Source: Escherichia coli
Lineage (GTDB): Bacteria; Pseudomonadota; Gammaproteobacteria; Enterobacterales; Enterobacteriaceae
Reading direction: 5' to 3' (one strand)
DNA length: 64,000 nucleotides
Assembly (NCBI RefSeq): GCF_030013205.1
Contig: NZ_CP122648.1
Part shown: positions 19,979-28,151 of the stretch, in pieces
How positions within the stretch are numbered: the stretch's first letter is position 1
How the letters are laid out: every line of letters begins with the position of its first letter
The notes under the pieces: model-generated
The model's input: only the letters and a program-made list of their open reading frames with translations
The model's database searches: none
Told to the model about the DNA's origin: nothing
Made by a program: the position numbers and the translations under genes

Positions 19979-20647
19979 ATGGTGAAATTAATGAAAAAAA
20001 ACACAGATGATGGGGCTAAAATTTACACACCACTTACCCTAAAGCTTTATGACTGGTGGGTTTTGGGAGTATCAAATCGGCTTGCATGGGGATGTACTAC
20101 AAAGGAACACCTTCTTCCACACTTTCTGGAACATTTAGGTAACAACCATCTGGATATTGGTGTTGGAACTGGGTTTTACCTTACTCACGTACCTGAGAGT
20201 AGTCTGATATCTTTAATGGATTTGAACGAAGCTAGCCTGAACGCGGCATCTACAAGGGCTGGGGAATCAAAAATTAAACATAAAATTAGCCATGATGTTT
20301 TTGAACCTTATCCCGCGGCGTTACATGGTCAATTTGATTCCATTTCCATGTTTTACCTTCTTCACTGCCTGCCTGGAAATATATCTACAAAAAGCTGTGT
20401 AATACGCAATGCGGCGCAGGCCTTAACTGACGATGGAACTCTATACGGAGCCACAATTCTTGGCGATGGAGTTGTGCACAATAGCTTCGGTCAAAAACTG
20501 ATGCGCATTTACAATCAGAAAGGCATCTTTTCAAACACAAAAGATTCCGAAGAAGGCTTAACACATATACTCTCAGAGCATTTCGAGAATGTTAAAACCA
20601 AGGTTCAAGGTACTGTAGTAATGTTTTCCGCTTCAGGGAAAAAATAG
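19979..20647 (+). CDS. Class I SAM-dependent methyltransferase (putative)
   Basis: 222-aa ORF with Rossmann motif I (LDIGVGTGFY); sits between the two direct repeats, opposite in orientation to neighbouring phage genes. Confidence 0.65.
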   Translation: MVKLMKKNTDDGAKIYTPLTLKLYDWWVLGVSNRLAWGCTTKEHLLPHFLEHLGNNHLDIGVGTGFYLTHVPESSLISLMDLNEASLNAASTRAGESKIKHKISHDVFEPYPAALHGQFDSISMFYLLHCLPGNISTKSCVIRNAAQALTDDGTLYGATILGDGVVHNSFGQKLMRIYNQKGIFSNTKDSEEGLTHILSEHFENVKTKVQGTVVMFSASGKK

Positions 20648-20654
20648 CATCCAA

Positions 20655-20687
20655 CCGCAGCACGTTCTTGCTTAAGACGTGCTGCGG
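20655..20687. terminator. Hairpin (11-bp perfect stem) between the methyltransferase gene and the gene remnant; likely bidirectional terminator
   Basis: ccgcagcacgt / acgtgctgcgg with 11-nt loop; T-run follows on the minus strand. Confidence 0.5.
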
Positions 20688-20747
20688 CATAATCCCAATG
20701 ATTACTCCCTGACAGGGTTCGTAGGCCACTCAATATCAGGTGCAGTT

Positions 20748-20867
20748 GATGTATCAACACGGTTCAGCAACACCCGATACTTTTTCCAGGCTTCCAGCAA
20801 TGAGGTTTCTTCCTCCGTTGCGATTTCCAGATCCACAGCATCCTGAAGTGGCGCAATATGCTCACTG
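20748..20867. repeat. Direct repeat copy B (~120 bp)
   Basis: Hand alignment to 19699-19818. Confidence 0.8.
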
Positions 20868-21104
20868 GCTACCCTGGCGACGCGCCTTACGCGTTAACCA
20901 GCCTTCTGCTTCCAGCCGTGCGATAGCCGTTCTGACGGTACTCATCCCCGCGCCAATCTGGCGTGCAATGGTTTCAATTGATGGCCAGCACACACCTTCG
21001 TCATTACTGAAATCAGCCAGGCGGGCCATAATTGCCACGCTGGATAACTTCATGCCTGACGCAGCGCAACCATCCCATACATAGCCGGTTAATTTAGTGC
21101 TCAT
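20862..21104 (-). pseudogene. Phage HTH protein (replication-initiator-like N-terminus), truncated / frameshifted
   Basis: 80-aa ORF with HTH (SIETIARQIGAGMSTVRTAIARLE); the homologous continuation ([20 protein letters not shown]...) is in another frame immediately downstream. Confidence 0.5.
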
Positions 21105-21113
21105 GACCGACCT

Positions 21114-21452
21114 CTATTTCCCTGAATTTACGACGAAACTGTTCGAGCGGGCTGAAGCACTCATGCTCATAGCCTTCGCGGAGGTAGATAACCCGTTGTG
21201 TTTCCGGCTCCCAACGAATGACTCTGACGGGTACTCCGTAGTGATCTTTGAACCAGCGGTTAACTTGTCGCAAAGGACTGTCTCCTTCTGCCGGTTGAAA
21301 TCACCCACAGCCCACTCTGCAAAGCTGTGGGTTACAATTTCCCTGTCACCTGGTACATTCACTGCATAGCAATATTCCACCTTCGCTTTTCCACCCGGTA
21401 CAGGAAGCGCAATCAGTTGCGAGCGACGGTAGTGTGTTGTTAAACTGTTCAT
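21114..21452 (-). CDS. Hypothetical phage protein
   Basis: 112-aa ORF; ATGA overlap with the upstream CII-like gene suggests translational coupling. Confidence 0.4.
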   Translation of the reverse strand: MNSLTTHYRRSQLIALPVPGGKAKVEYCYAVNVPGDREIVTHSFAEWAVGDFNRQKETVLCDKLTAGSKITTEYPSESFVGSRKHNGLSTSAKAMSMSASARSNSFVVNSGK

Positions 21453-22018
21453 GCGTTAGTTTCTCCACAACCAGAAGCAATCGACGCCACGACGCCCGGA
21501 GCTGCACACTCGCGGGCGTCATTACTTTCTGAAATGCAAAAAATTTTGTAGACAAGTGCTGCATGCTCCTGCAGCTTCGAAATTGAGAGATACAGCTCGT
21601 CGTTAATTGCTGTCTTCTCATGCGGTTCCACTACACCGTCTTCGATTGCTGAACGAATCTGTTTTGAATAACTGCCGATCTGTTCAATGACTTCCAGCAG
21701 ACGCTGGTTAATATCGGCGTTGTCCACATCCTCGACGTCAGGAAGAGACACAAAGACGCCATTTGCAGACTGCGCCACAGCATCAGCAATGAAGTGAGTG
21801 CCACCAGCACGCTGTAAAACCATTGCCCATCCCAGCGGGAAAATCTGATCGCCATCTGCACGAAGGCGGTTGAATAAAGCGTTTTCTGTTACATCGAGCC
21901 AGTCAGCCGCTTCAGCGTAACCACCCGGCAACGCCGCGATAGTTTTTCTGACAGCTTTCACGTACCACTCAGGCTGTTTTTCTATTTTCCAGTGATGCTT
22001 ACCCACGATTAGCCTCAT
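21449..22018 (-). CDS. Phage CII-like / YdaT-family regulatory protein (putative)
   Basis: 189-aa ORF directly downstream of the cro-like gene in the rightward early operon; assignment by position and general resemblance. Confidence 0.45.
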   Translation of the reverse strand: MRLIVGKHHWKIEKQPEWYVKAVRKTIAALPGGYAEAADWLDVTENALFNRLRADGDQIFPLGWAMVLQRAGGTHFIADAVAQSANGVFVSLPDVEDVDNADINQRLLEVIEQIGSYSKQIRSAIEDGVVEPHEKTAINDELYLSISKLQEHAALVYKIFCISESNDARECAAPGVVASIASGCGETNA

Positions 22019-22049
22019 CGTTCTGTGGTTAAAAATTGAAAGTGTTCTG

Positions 22050-22274
22050 CTAATCTTTCGGATAGATATCCGGTCTTAAGTCAGATTTCGTAATTGCACC
22101 TGACGTGCATTGCTCAAGTTTTTTAGCCAGCACAAAACTGGCTTTTTTATAGCCATTGAAAACCAGCCGTAAGTAGCCAGGTGTTGAGCCAACTTTTCCG
22201 GCCAACTCGCCCTGCTGTTCTTTGGTTAAAGAGTCCCAATACGCTTTCATACAATATGTACCTCCGATGTACAT
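22050..22274 (-). CDS. Cro-like / YdaS-family HTH regulator
   Basis: Small ORF divergent from the cI-like repressor; likely true start at MKAYWDSL (22250); HTH-like GSTPGYLRLVFNG segment. Confidence 0.6.
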   Translation of the reverse strand: MYIGGTYCMKAYWDSLTKEQQGELAGKVGSTPGYLRLVFNGYKKASFVLAKKLEQCTSGAITKSDLRPDIYPKD

Positions 22275-22325
22275 ATCACATGATTAAAATGAACCTTCAA
22301 GATACTTGTACCTTAACGGTACAAG
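22258..22325. promoter_or_regulatory. Divergent cI/cro control region with palindromic operator-like sites
   Basis: Perfect palindrome cttgtacc-ttaac-ggtacaag (22305-22325) and tgtacc...gtaca (22258-22274) between the divergent repressor genes. Confidence 0.6.
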
Positions 22326-22340
22326 GGTTTTAATTTCGTT

Positions 22341-23015
22341 ATGAAAACAATCCATGACATCCGGCGGTCTAACGCCAGAAAACTGAGAGATGGTGTTGGC
22401 GGGAATTCTTCCTTTGCCACTATGATTGATCGCGAGCCAACCCAGACCAGCAGGTTTATGGGAGATGGTGCTACTAAAAATATCGGTGACAGCATGGCAC
22501 GACACATCGAAAAATGTTTCGACCTGCCTGTCGGATGGCTCGATCAAGAACACCAGACAACGAACATCACAAAAAAACCTGATGTTTCAATCACTAATAA
22601 ACAAATCACATTAGTCCCTGTCATATCATGGGTACAGGCCGGAGCATGGAAAGAAGTTGGATATTCTGAGGTTGATTTGAGCACAGCAGAAACGTATCCC
22701 TGCCCTGTACCCTGTGGGGAAATGACTTATATCCTGCGGGTGATAGGTGATTCAATGATTGATGAGTACCGCCCGGGAGACATGATTTTTGTCGATCCTG
22801 AAGTACCTGCCTGCCACGGTGACGACGTTATTGCATTGATGCACGATACAGGTGAAACCACCTTCAAAAGGTTGATAGAAGATGGGACACAGCGTTATCT
22901 CAAAGCGTTAAACCCAAACTGGCCTGAGCCTTACATTAAGATCAACGGTAATTGCTCTATAATTGGAACTGTGATTTTCTCAGGAAAACCAAGAAGATAC
23001 AAAATCAAAGCCTAA
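22341..23015 (+). CDS. CI-like phage repressor with LexA/S24 autopeptidase domain
   Basis: 224-aa ORF; N-terminal HTH region and C-terminal S24 domain (GDSM..., TFKRL). Confidence 0.8.
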   Translation: MKTIHDIRRSNARKLRDGVGGNSSFATMIDREPTQTSRFMGDGATKNIGDSMARHIEKCFDLPVGWLDQEHQTTNITKKPDVSITNKQITLVPVISWVQAGAWKEVGYSEVDLSTAETYPCPVPCGEMTYILRVIGDSMIDEYRPGDMIFVDPEVPACHGDDVIALMHDTGETTFKRLIEDGTQRYLKALNPNWPEPYIKINGNCSIIGTVIFSGKPRRYKIKA

Positions 23016-23027
23016 TCAATGTTTATG

Positions 23028-23052
23028 AACCTGCTTCGGCAGGTTTTTTTAT
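23028..23052 (+). terminator. Rho-independent terminator after the cI-like gene
   Basis: aacctgc-ttcg-gcaggtt stem-loop followed by ttttttt. Confidence 0.7.
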
Positions 23053-23054
23053 AC

Positions 23055-23082
23055 TTGACAATGTACCTTTGAGATACATAAT
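23055..23082 (+). promoter_or_regulatory. Candidate early-left (pL-like) sigma70 promoter overlapping tgtacc operator half-sites
   Basis: TTGACA (23055-23060), 16-bp spacer, CATAAT (23077-23082); two atgtacc motifs resembling the cI/cro operator half-sites. Confidence 0.5.
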
Positions 23083-23192
23083 GTACCCAAGAGAAACAAC
23101 AAACAGGCAGGACCCCCACGAAGTATCCGCCTGGGGCATATGAAGTTCAGGATGATTCGTTAGCAACAAAAAAGCGCCCTACAGGACGCTTA

Positions 23193-23204
23193 GCTCTTTA
23201 ACAA
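23193..23204 (+). promoter_or_regulatory. boxA-like element (GCTCTTTAACAA)
   Basis: 12-nt match to the rrn boxA consensus (TGCTCTTTAACAA) about 110 nt downstream of the candidate pL-like promoter. Confidence 0.35.
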
Positions 23205-23229
23205 TCTGGATATCCACAACAGTAGTAAT

Positions 23230-23721
23230 CTACAGATTGCCGTTAAGTTTTCTGGACAACTCCTCAATGGATGGAGGCGATACGTAATCCGGATTTTTAT
23301 TCATCAGAAACTTATTTTCACAGTGGAGGCACCTGCTTTTATGAAAAAGCTCATCTTCGCTAACCGGGAATGGTTGAAGTATCGATACTATCTTTTGTCC
23401 AAAACATTTTGGGCAAAGATGCATGGTTATGCTGCCACCGTTCACGATTACCTCCTTCGAGTATACAAAAGTACCCGACTCAAGTTGGTTAAGGATATAG
23501 CCTTCCGTCTGAGCCTCAAAGTTTTCGAATTCTGCAATTTTAGCTTTGAGAGAAGCATTTATTTCTTGATAAGAGCCCACCAGTTCAACGAGAGACACGC
23601 ATTCGCGCTGAATAGACGCAAGCTTTGAGTTCAGCTCACCAATAGCCGCATTTACTTCAGCTTGAGTTTTTGCCTCGTTCATTAGTTTTGCAATCTGGGC
23701 TGTTTCACGAATAGCCGTCAT
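23230..23721 (-). CDS. Hypothetical coiled-coil protein with C-terminal CxxC...HC zinc-ribbon-like motif
   Basis: ORF 23230-24009; the N-terminal 96 codons look like non-coding read-through, so the probable start is MTAIRETAQ (23721); C-terminus has CPKCFGQ...CLHCEN; oriented antisense to the predicted early-left transcript. Confidence 0.5.
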   Translation of the reverse strand: MTAIRETAQIAKLMNEAKTQAEVNAAIGELNSKLASIQRECVSLVELVGSYQEINASLKAKIAEFENFEAQTEGYILNQLESGTFVYSKEVIVNGGSITMHLCPKCFGQKIVSILQPFPVSEDELFHKSRCLHCENKFLMNKNPDYVSPPSIEELSRKLNGNL

Positions 23722-24030
23722 TGCTGCCGTTAATTCAGCGATCACATTGAATACTCTTATTGTTGTTGGGGATATCCAGATTAACCGAATCCTTGTTGTT
23801 GGGGAATAACCAGGTCCACCTCGCCTGATGTGGCTAAAAGCAGGCACATAACAGCTAAGTATTTTCAACCAGAGAGAATCCTTAGCGTTGTGGTGAATGC
23901 GGCTCAGCGCACGCGGGTTAAGGTTGAGGCTGACAGTCGACCTTCTGTGGATACCCACCCGCCTGGTGTGCAACCTTCGCCAGGCACCGGGAGGCACCCG
24001 GCACCACAACTTTATGCTGTGTGTAGTCCT

Positions 24031-24166
24031 GGCGGTACCAGCTTGTACCCTTGCTTCCGGCTGGTACCGTCCTTTTTACAAAACAGAGAAGAGCATCACC
24101 GGACGACGGGCTCATAACCCAATCCATCCGGGCGGCGGCCACCACAGGTGTTCTTCTCTGTTTTGT
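24031..24166 (+). other. Structured GC-rich non-coding segment: terminator-like hairpin plus U-run followed by a long imperfect hairpin (candidate regulatory RNA or leader)
   Basis: 12-bp stem 24031-24042/24060-24071 followed by ttttt (24073-24077); 16-bp stem 24078-24093/24151-24166 enclosing a GC-rich apical region; no credible ORF. Confidence 0.4.
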
Positions 24167-24214
24167 GGAGAAACTAATCGGCCTTGCAGGGTCGATATGA
24201 TGAGGAGCAGCAAA

Positions 24215-24577
24215 ATGGCTAGCGAACGCAGTACTGATGTGCAGGCATTTATCGGGGAGCTGGACGGCGGCGTATTTGAAACCAAAATCGGCGCAGTTCT
24301 CAGTGAAGTCGCTTCCGGTGTGATGAACACGAAAACCAAAGGTAAGGTCTCACTCAACCTGGAAATCGAACCATTTGATGAGAACCGTGTGAAAATCAAA
24401 CACAAACTCTCATATATTCGCCCGACTAACCGCGGGAAAATTTCCGAAGAAGACACCACCGAAACGCCGATGTATGTCAATCGCGGTGGTCGCCTGACTA
24501 TTCTGCAGGAAGACCAGGGACAATTACTGACTCTTGCCGGTGAACCTGACGGAAAACTCCGCGCAGCAGGTCGTTAA
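24215..24577 (+). CDS. YfdP-like phage protein
   Basis: 120-aa product from MASERSTDVQ with GAGGAG ribosome-binding site; matches the size and sequence I recall for K-12 CPS-53 YfdP. Confidence 0.7.
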   Translation: MASERSTDVQAFIGELDGGVFETKIGAVLSEVASGVMNTKTKGKVSLNLEIEPFDENRVKIKHKLSYIRPTNRGKISEEDTTETPMYVNRGGRLTILQEDQGQLLTLAGEPDGKLRAAGR

Positions 24578-24642
24578 TATCGTTCGTAATAAACTGATTA
24601 TTTATCTCATCACTGAATATCTTTATATAGTGAGGACTTATT

Positions 24643-25467
24643 ATGTCTCAGAACTTAGACGCAACCGCAATTAATCAAATCCATGCCCTTATTTCTGCTC
24701 AGGGTGTTAATGAAATTATCAGTAAGATTGGTGCCGATGCTGTGGCATTGCCTGAGAATTTCCGCATTCATGATCTGGAAAAATTTAATTTAAATCGCTT
24801 CCGTTTCCGTGGTGCACTTTCCACTGCCAGCATCGATGATTTTACCCGTTATTCTAAAGATCTTGCAGATGAAGGCACCCGCTGCTTTATCGATGCCGAT
24901 AATATGCGTGCCGTCAGTGTGCTTAACCTGGGTACTATTGATGAGCCAGGTCACGCAGATAACACTGCCACTCTCAAACTGAAAAAGACAGCACCGTTCT
25001 CTGCTCTGTTGTCTGTTAACGGCGAGCGTAACTCCCAGAAGTCACTGGCAGAATGGATCGAAGACTGGGCCGACTACCTTGTGGGCTTTGATGCTAATGG
25101 TGACGCCATTCAAGCAACAAAAGCGGCTGCGGCAGTCCGTAAAATCACGATTGAAGCAAACCAGACCGCTGATTTTGAAGATAATGACTTCAGCGGCAAA
25201 CGCTCCCTGATGGAGTCTGTCGAAGCGAAGACCAAAGACATTATGCCAGTGGCATTTGAATTTAAATGCGTTCCGTTTGAAGGTCTGAAAGAACGTCCGT
25301 TTAAATTACGCCTCAGCATTATCACTGGCGATCGTCCTGTACTGGTTCTGCGCATTATTCAGCTGGAAGCGGTGCAGGAAGAAATGGCTAACGAATTTCG
25401 TGATCTGCTTGTTGAGAAATTCAAAGACAGCAAAGTAGAAACCTTTATTGGTACTTTCACCGCCTGA
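24643..25467 (+). CDS. YfdQ-like phage protein (DUF2303 family)
   Basis: 274-aa ORF, same length as K-12 YfdQ, directly after the yfdP-like gene. Confidence 0.7.
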   Translation: MSQNLDATAINQIHALISAQGVNEIISKIGADAVALPENFRIHDLEKFNLNRFRFRGALSTASIDDFTRYSKDLADEGTRCFIDADNMRAVSVLNLGTIDEPGHADNTATLKLKKTAPFSALLSVNGERNSQKSLAEWIEDWADYLVGFDANGDAIQATKAAAAVRKITIEANQTADFEDNDFSGKRSLMESVEAKTKDIMPVAFEFKCVPFEGLKERPFKLRLSIITGDRPVLVLRIIQLEAVQEEMANEFRDLLVEKFKDSKVETFIGTFTA

Positions 25468-25594
25468 TTTCATTACTGCAAATGCCCCTGCGGGGGCATT
25501 TATGGAAACGTAATTAACTCAATAATCACCGGATGGTGAGGGCTTCCTTTTACCAGAATTCAGCGCGGTGCAGTGCATATACGTGGAGAACAAA

Positions 25595-26656
25595 ATGTCA
25601 TTTATTAAAACTTTTTCCGGGAAGCATTTTTATTATGACAAGATAAATAAAGACGACATCGATATTAACGATATCGCGGTTTCCCTTTCAAATATCTGTC
25701 GCTTTGCCGGTCATCTTTCGCACTTCTACAGCGTCGCCCAACATGCGGTTCTTTGCAGCCAGCTGGTGCCGCAGGAATTTGCTTTTGAAGCGTTAATGCA
25801 TGATGCAACAGAAGCGTATTGCCAGGACATTCCCGCACCACTGAAACGCCTTCTTCCTGACTATAAACGGATGGAAGAAAAAATAGACGCCGTAATCCGT
25901 GAGAAATACGGGTTATCAACTCAGACAAAGGCAAAGCATCTTGCCATGATAAAGGCCATTCTCCGTGCTGCAGAACGCGACTGGAAGTGGCTGGAAAAAG
26001 CGCCTGTCATCAAGATACCAGCGGTCAGAAACAAGCGAGTCAGATGGCTGGAAAAGGAGGAAGCAAAACGCCTTATTGATGAGTGCCCCGAACCACTGAA
26101 ATCTGTCGTCAAGTTTGCGCTGGCAACTGGTCTGAGAAAGTCGAACATCATAAATCTGGAATGGCAACAAATCGACATGCAGCGACGAGTTGCCTGGGTG
26201 AATCCAGAAGAGAGCAAATCAAACCGCGCCATTGGTGTGGCGCTGAACGATACCGCCTGTAAAGTGTTGCGTGATCAAATAGGCAAGCATCACAAATGGG
26301 TGTTTGTACATACCAAGGCGGCTAAGCGAGCAGATGGAACATCAACGCCTGCGGTCAGGAAGATGCGCATCGACAGCAAGACATCATGGCTATCAGCTTG
26401 TCGTCGTGCAGGAATTGAAGATTTCCGTTTCCATGACCTCAGACACACCTGGGCAAGCTGGCTGATCCAGTCAGGCGTCCCATTATCTGTGCTTCAGGAA
26501 ATGGGCGGATGGGAGTCCATAGAAATGGTTCGTAGGTATGCTCACCTTGCGCCTAATCATTTGACAGAGCATGCAAGGAAAATAGACGACATTTTTGGTG
26601 ATAATGTCCCAAATATGTCCCACTGTGGAATTATGGAGGATATAAAGAAGGCGTAA
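25595..26656 (+). CDS. Chimeric ORF: YfdR-like HD-domain N-terminus fused in frame to a tyrosine-integrase catalytic domain (likely inactive integrase remnant)
   Basis: N-terminal ~105 aa [14 protein letters not shown]...[10 protein letters not shown] (HD motif); C-terminal ~240 aa with integrase signature [11 protein letters not shown]...VRRYAHL, ending 16 nt from the tRNA 3' end; the integrase arm/core-binding N-terminus is absent. Confidence 0.7.
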   Translation: MSFIKTFSGKHFYYDKINKDDIDINDIAVSLSNICRFAGHLSHFYSVAQHAVLCSQLVPQEFAFEALMHDATEAYCQDIPAPLKRLLPDYKRMEEKIDAVIREKYGLSTQTKAKHLAMIKAILRAAERDWKWLEKAPVIKIPAVRNKRVRWLEKEEAKRLIDECPEPLKSVVKFALATGLRKSNIINLEWQQIDMQRRVAWVNPEESKSNRAIGVALNDTACKVLRDQIGKHHKWVFVHTKAAKRADGTSTPAVRKMRIDSKTSWLSACRRAGIEDFRFHDLRHTWASWLIQSGVPLSVLQEMGGWESIEMVRRYAHLAPNHLTEHARKIDDIFGDNVPNMSHCGIMEDIKKA

Positions 26657-26671
26657 CTGATTGAATTGTAA

Positions 26672-26748
26672 TGGCGCGCCCTGCAGGATTCGAACCTGCG
26701 GCCCACGACTTAGAAGGTCGTTGCTCTATCCAACTGAGCTAAGGGCGC
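26672..26748 (-). tRNA. argU: tRNA-Arg (anticodon UCU)
   Basis: 77-nt sequence whose reverse complement is GCGCCCTTAGCTCAGTTGGATAGAGCAACGACCTTCTAAGTCGTGGGCCGCAGGTTCGAATCCTGCAGGGCGCGCCA; cloverleaf and UCU anticodon readable by eye. Confidence 0.93.
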
Positions 26749-26990
26749 GTTGATACCGCAATGCGGTGTAATCGCGTGAATTATACGGTCAACCCTTGCT
26801 GAGTCAATGGCTTTTGATCTGGTTGCTGAACAAGTGAACGACCGCGTCTGATTTTCTGATTTATTTCGCTATAGCGGCAAACAAACGCACATCGCTGCGC
26901 GTCTGAATCAAGAAAACCCGTATTTTCATGTATCAAAGTACAATTTCCCGCCCTAACGGAAAATTGTCCGATCCAATGAGACTGGTAACT

Positions 26991-27623
26991 ATGAAACCAA
27001 CGTCGGTGATCATTATGGATACTCATCCTATCATCAGAATGTCTATTGAAGTTCTGTTGCAAAAAAACAATGAATTGCAAATTGTCCTGAAAACGGATGA
27101 TTATCGCATAACCATCGATTATCTCCGAACCCGTCCTGTTGATTTAATCATTATGGATATAGACTTGCCCGGAACAGACGGTTTTACCTTCCTGAAAAGG
27201 ATCAAACAAATCCAGAGCACAGTGAAAGTATTATTTTTATCATCGAAATCAGAATGCTTTTATGCTGGCAGAGCGATACAAGCTGGTGCTAACGGTTTTG
27301 TCAGTAAATGCAATGATCAAAATGATATTTTTCACGCCGTTCAGATGATCCTCTCCGGATACACTTTTTTCCCCAGCGAAACGCTCAACTATATAAAAAG
27401 CAATAAATGCAGTACGAATAGTTCAACGGTCACGGTGCTATCTAATCGTGAAGTGACCATATTACGTTATCTGGTTAGCGGATTATCCAATAAAGAAATT
27501 GCCGATAAGTTATTACTTAGCAATAAAACAGTTAGTGCGCATAAATCTAATATTTATGGCAAGCTAGGTTTGCATTCAATTGTAGAGCTTATCGACTATG
27601 CCAAATTATATGAATTAATATAA
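26991..27623 (+). CDS. fimZ: LuxR-type response regulator of fimbrial expression
   Basis: 210-aa product from MKPTSVIIMD; receiver domain plus C-terminal LuxR HTH; next to argU and the sfm operon as in K-12. Confidence 0.85.
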   Translation: MKPTSVIIMDTHPIIRMSIEVLLQKNNELQIVLKTDDYRITIDYLRTRPVDLIIMDIDLPGTDGFTFLKRIKQIQSTVKVLFLSSKSECFYAGRAIQAGANGFVSKCNDQNDIFHAVQMILSGYTFFPSETLNYIKSNKCSTNSSTVTVLSNREVTILRYLVSGLSNKEIADKLLLSNKTVSAHKSNIYGKLGLHSIVELIDYAKLYELI

Positions 27624-27625
27624 TA

Positions 27626-28141
27626 TTAATTATAATTGATCATAAATATCGCATCCGCTTTCGCCACACCTGGCTGAACACCGCTGGCTAACGCTCGATA
27701 ATTGGCAAAAAAGTTTAGTGTGACATTGCCATTTGCATCTACTTCCTCAGTCGGGCTCGCCTCCCCCAGTGCGAGCCGGGAGCGATCGCTATTACGTAAT
27801 TCGATGGCGACGGTTTGTGCCATTGCGGGATCATCCAGAGCCAGCAGGTTGGCATCAGATGCCGGCGTTCCCGTAAATAAAATCGCAACTGAACCCGGAG
27901 GACATCCCTCCAGCCGCAGGCTAAAAGGGACGAGTGCCGTGGTATCGCCAGCGCTCAGTAATTGTGTCGTAGGCCATCTGCCTAAATCTACCGTCTTATC
28001 CTTATCCGCTGTGTTTACGGTACAGGAGAAATCAACAACGTTACCGTGCAAATTGATATTAATCGTTCCTAAAGGGTCAACTGCCCATCCACTGGAACTC
28101 CACAGTAGCCCGCAGAAACAGCTAAAGAGTACTCTTCTCAT
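27626..28141 (-). CDS. sfmF: Fimbrial subunit-like protein
   Basis: 171-aa product from MRRVLFSCFCGLL (signal peptide); last gene of the sfm operon. Confidence 0.8.
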   Translation of the reverse strand: MRRVLFSCFCGLLWSSSGWAVDPLGTININLHGNVVDFSCTVNTADKDKTVDLGRWPTTQLLSAGDTTALVPFSLRLEGCPPGSVAILFTGTPASDANLLALDDPAMAQTVAIELRNSDRSRLALGEASPTEEVDANGNVTLNFFANYRALASGVQPGVAKADAIFMINYN

Positions 28142-28151
28142 TCTCCGTACC

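Larger units (their letters stand above)
16386..26671. mobile_element. Degraded mosaic prophage / genomic island integrated at argU
   Basis: Bounded by the tRNA gene and the 45-bp repeat; integrase fragment abuts the tRNA; contains cI/cro/CII-like immunity genes, yfdP/yfdQ/yfdR-like genes and cargo (ompT, hydrolase, methyltransferase). Confidence 0.85.

Noticed and set aside
23722-24009. N-terminal extension of the 259-aa minus-strand ORF
   Set aside because: The first 96 codons are Arg/Trp-rich and overlap the repeat and GC-rich non-coding region; the gene most likely starts at MTAIRE (23721).
23760-24166. Retron (msr/msd) or type III toxin-antitoxin RNA interpretation of the repeats and hairpins
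   Set aside because: No reverse-transcriptase gene is adjacent and only two degenerate repeat copies are present, with no toxin ORF immediately downstream; a leader or sRNA is more plausible.
23897-24214. N-terminal extension of the yfdP-like ORF (226-aa frame)
   Set aside because: The conserved 120-aa protein starts at MASERS with a GAGGAG ribosome-binding site; the upstream part is a low-complexity read-through of the structured region.
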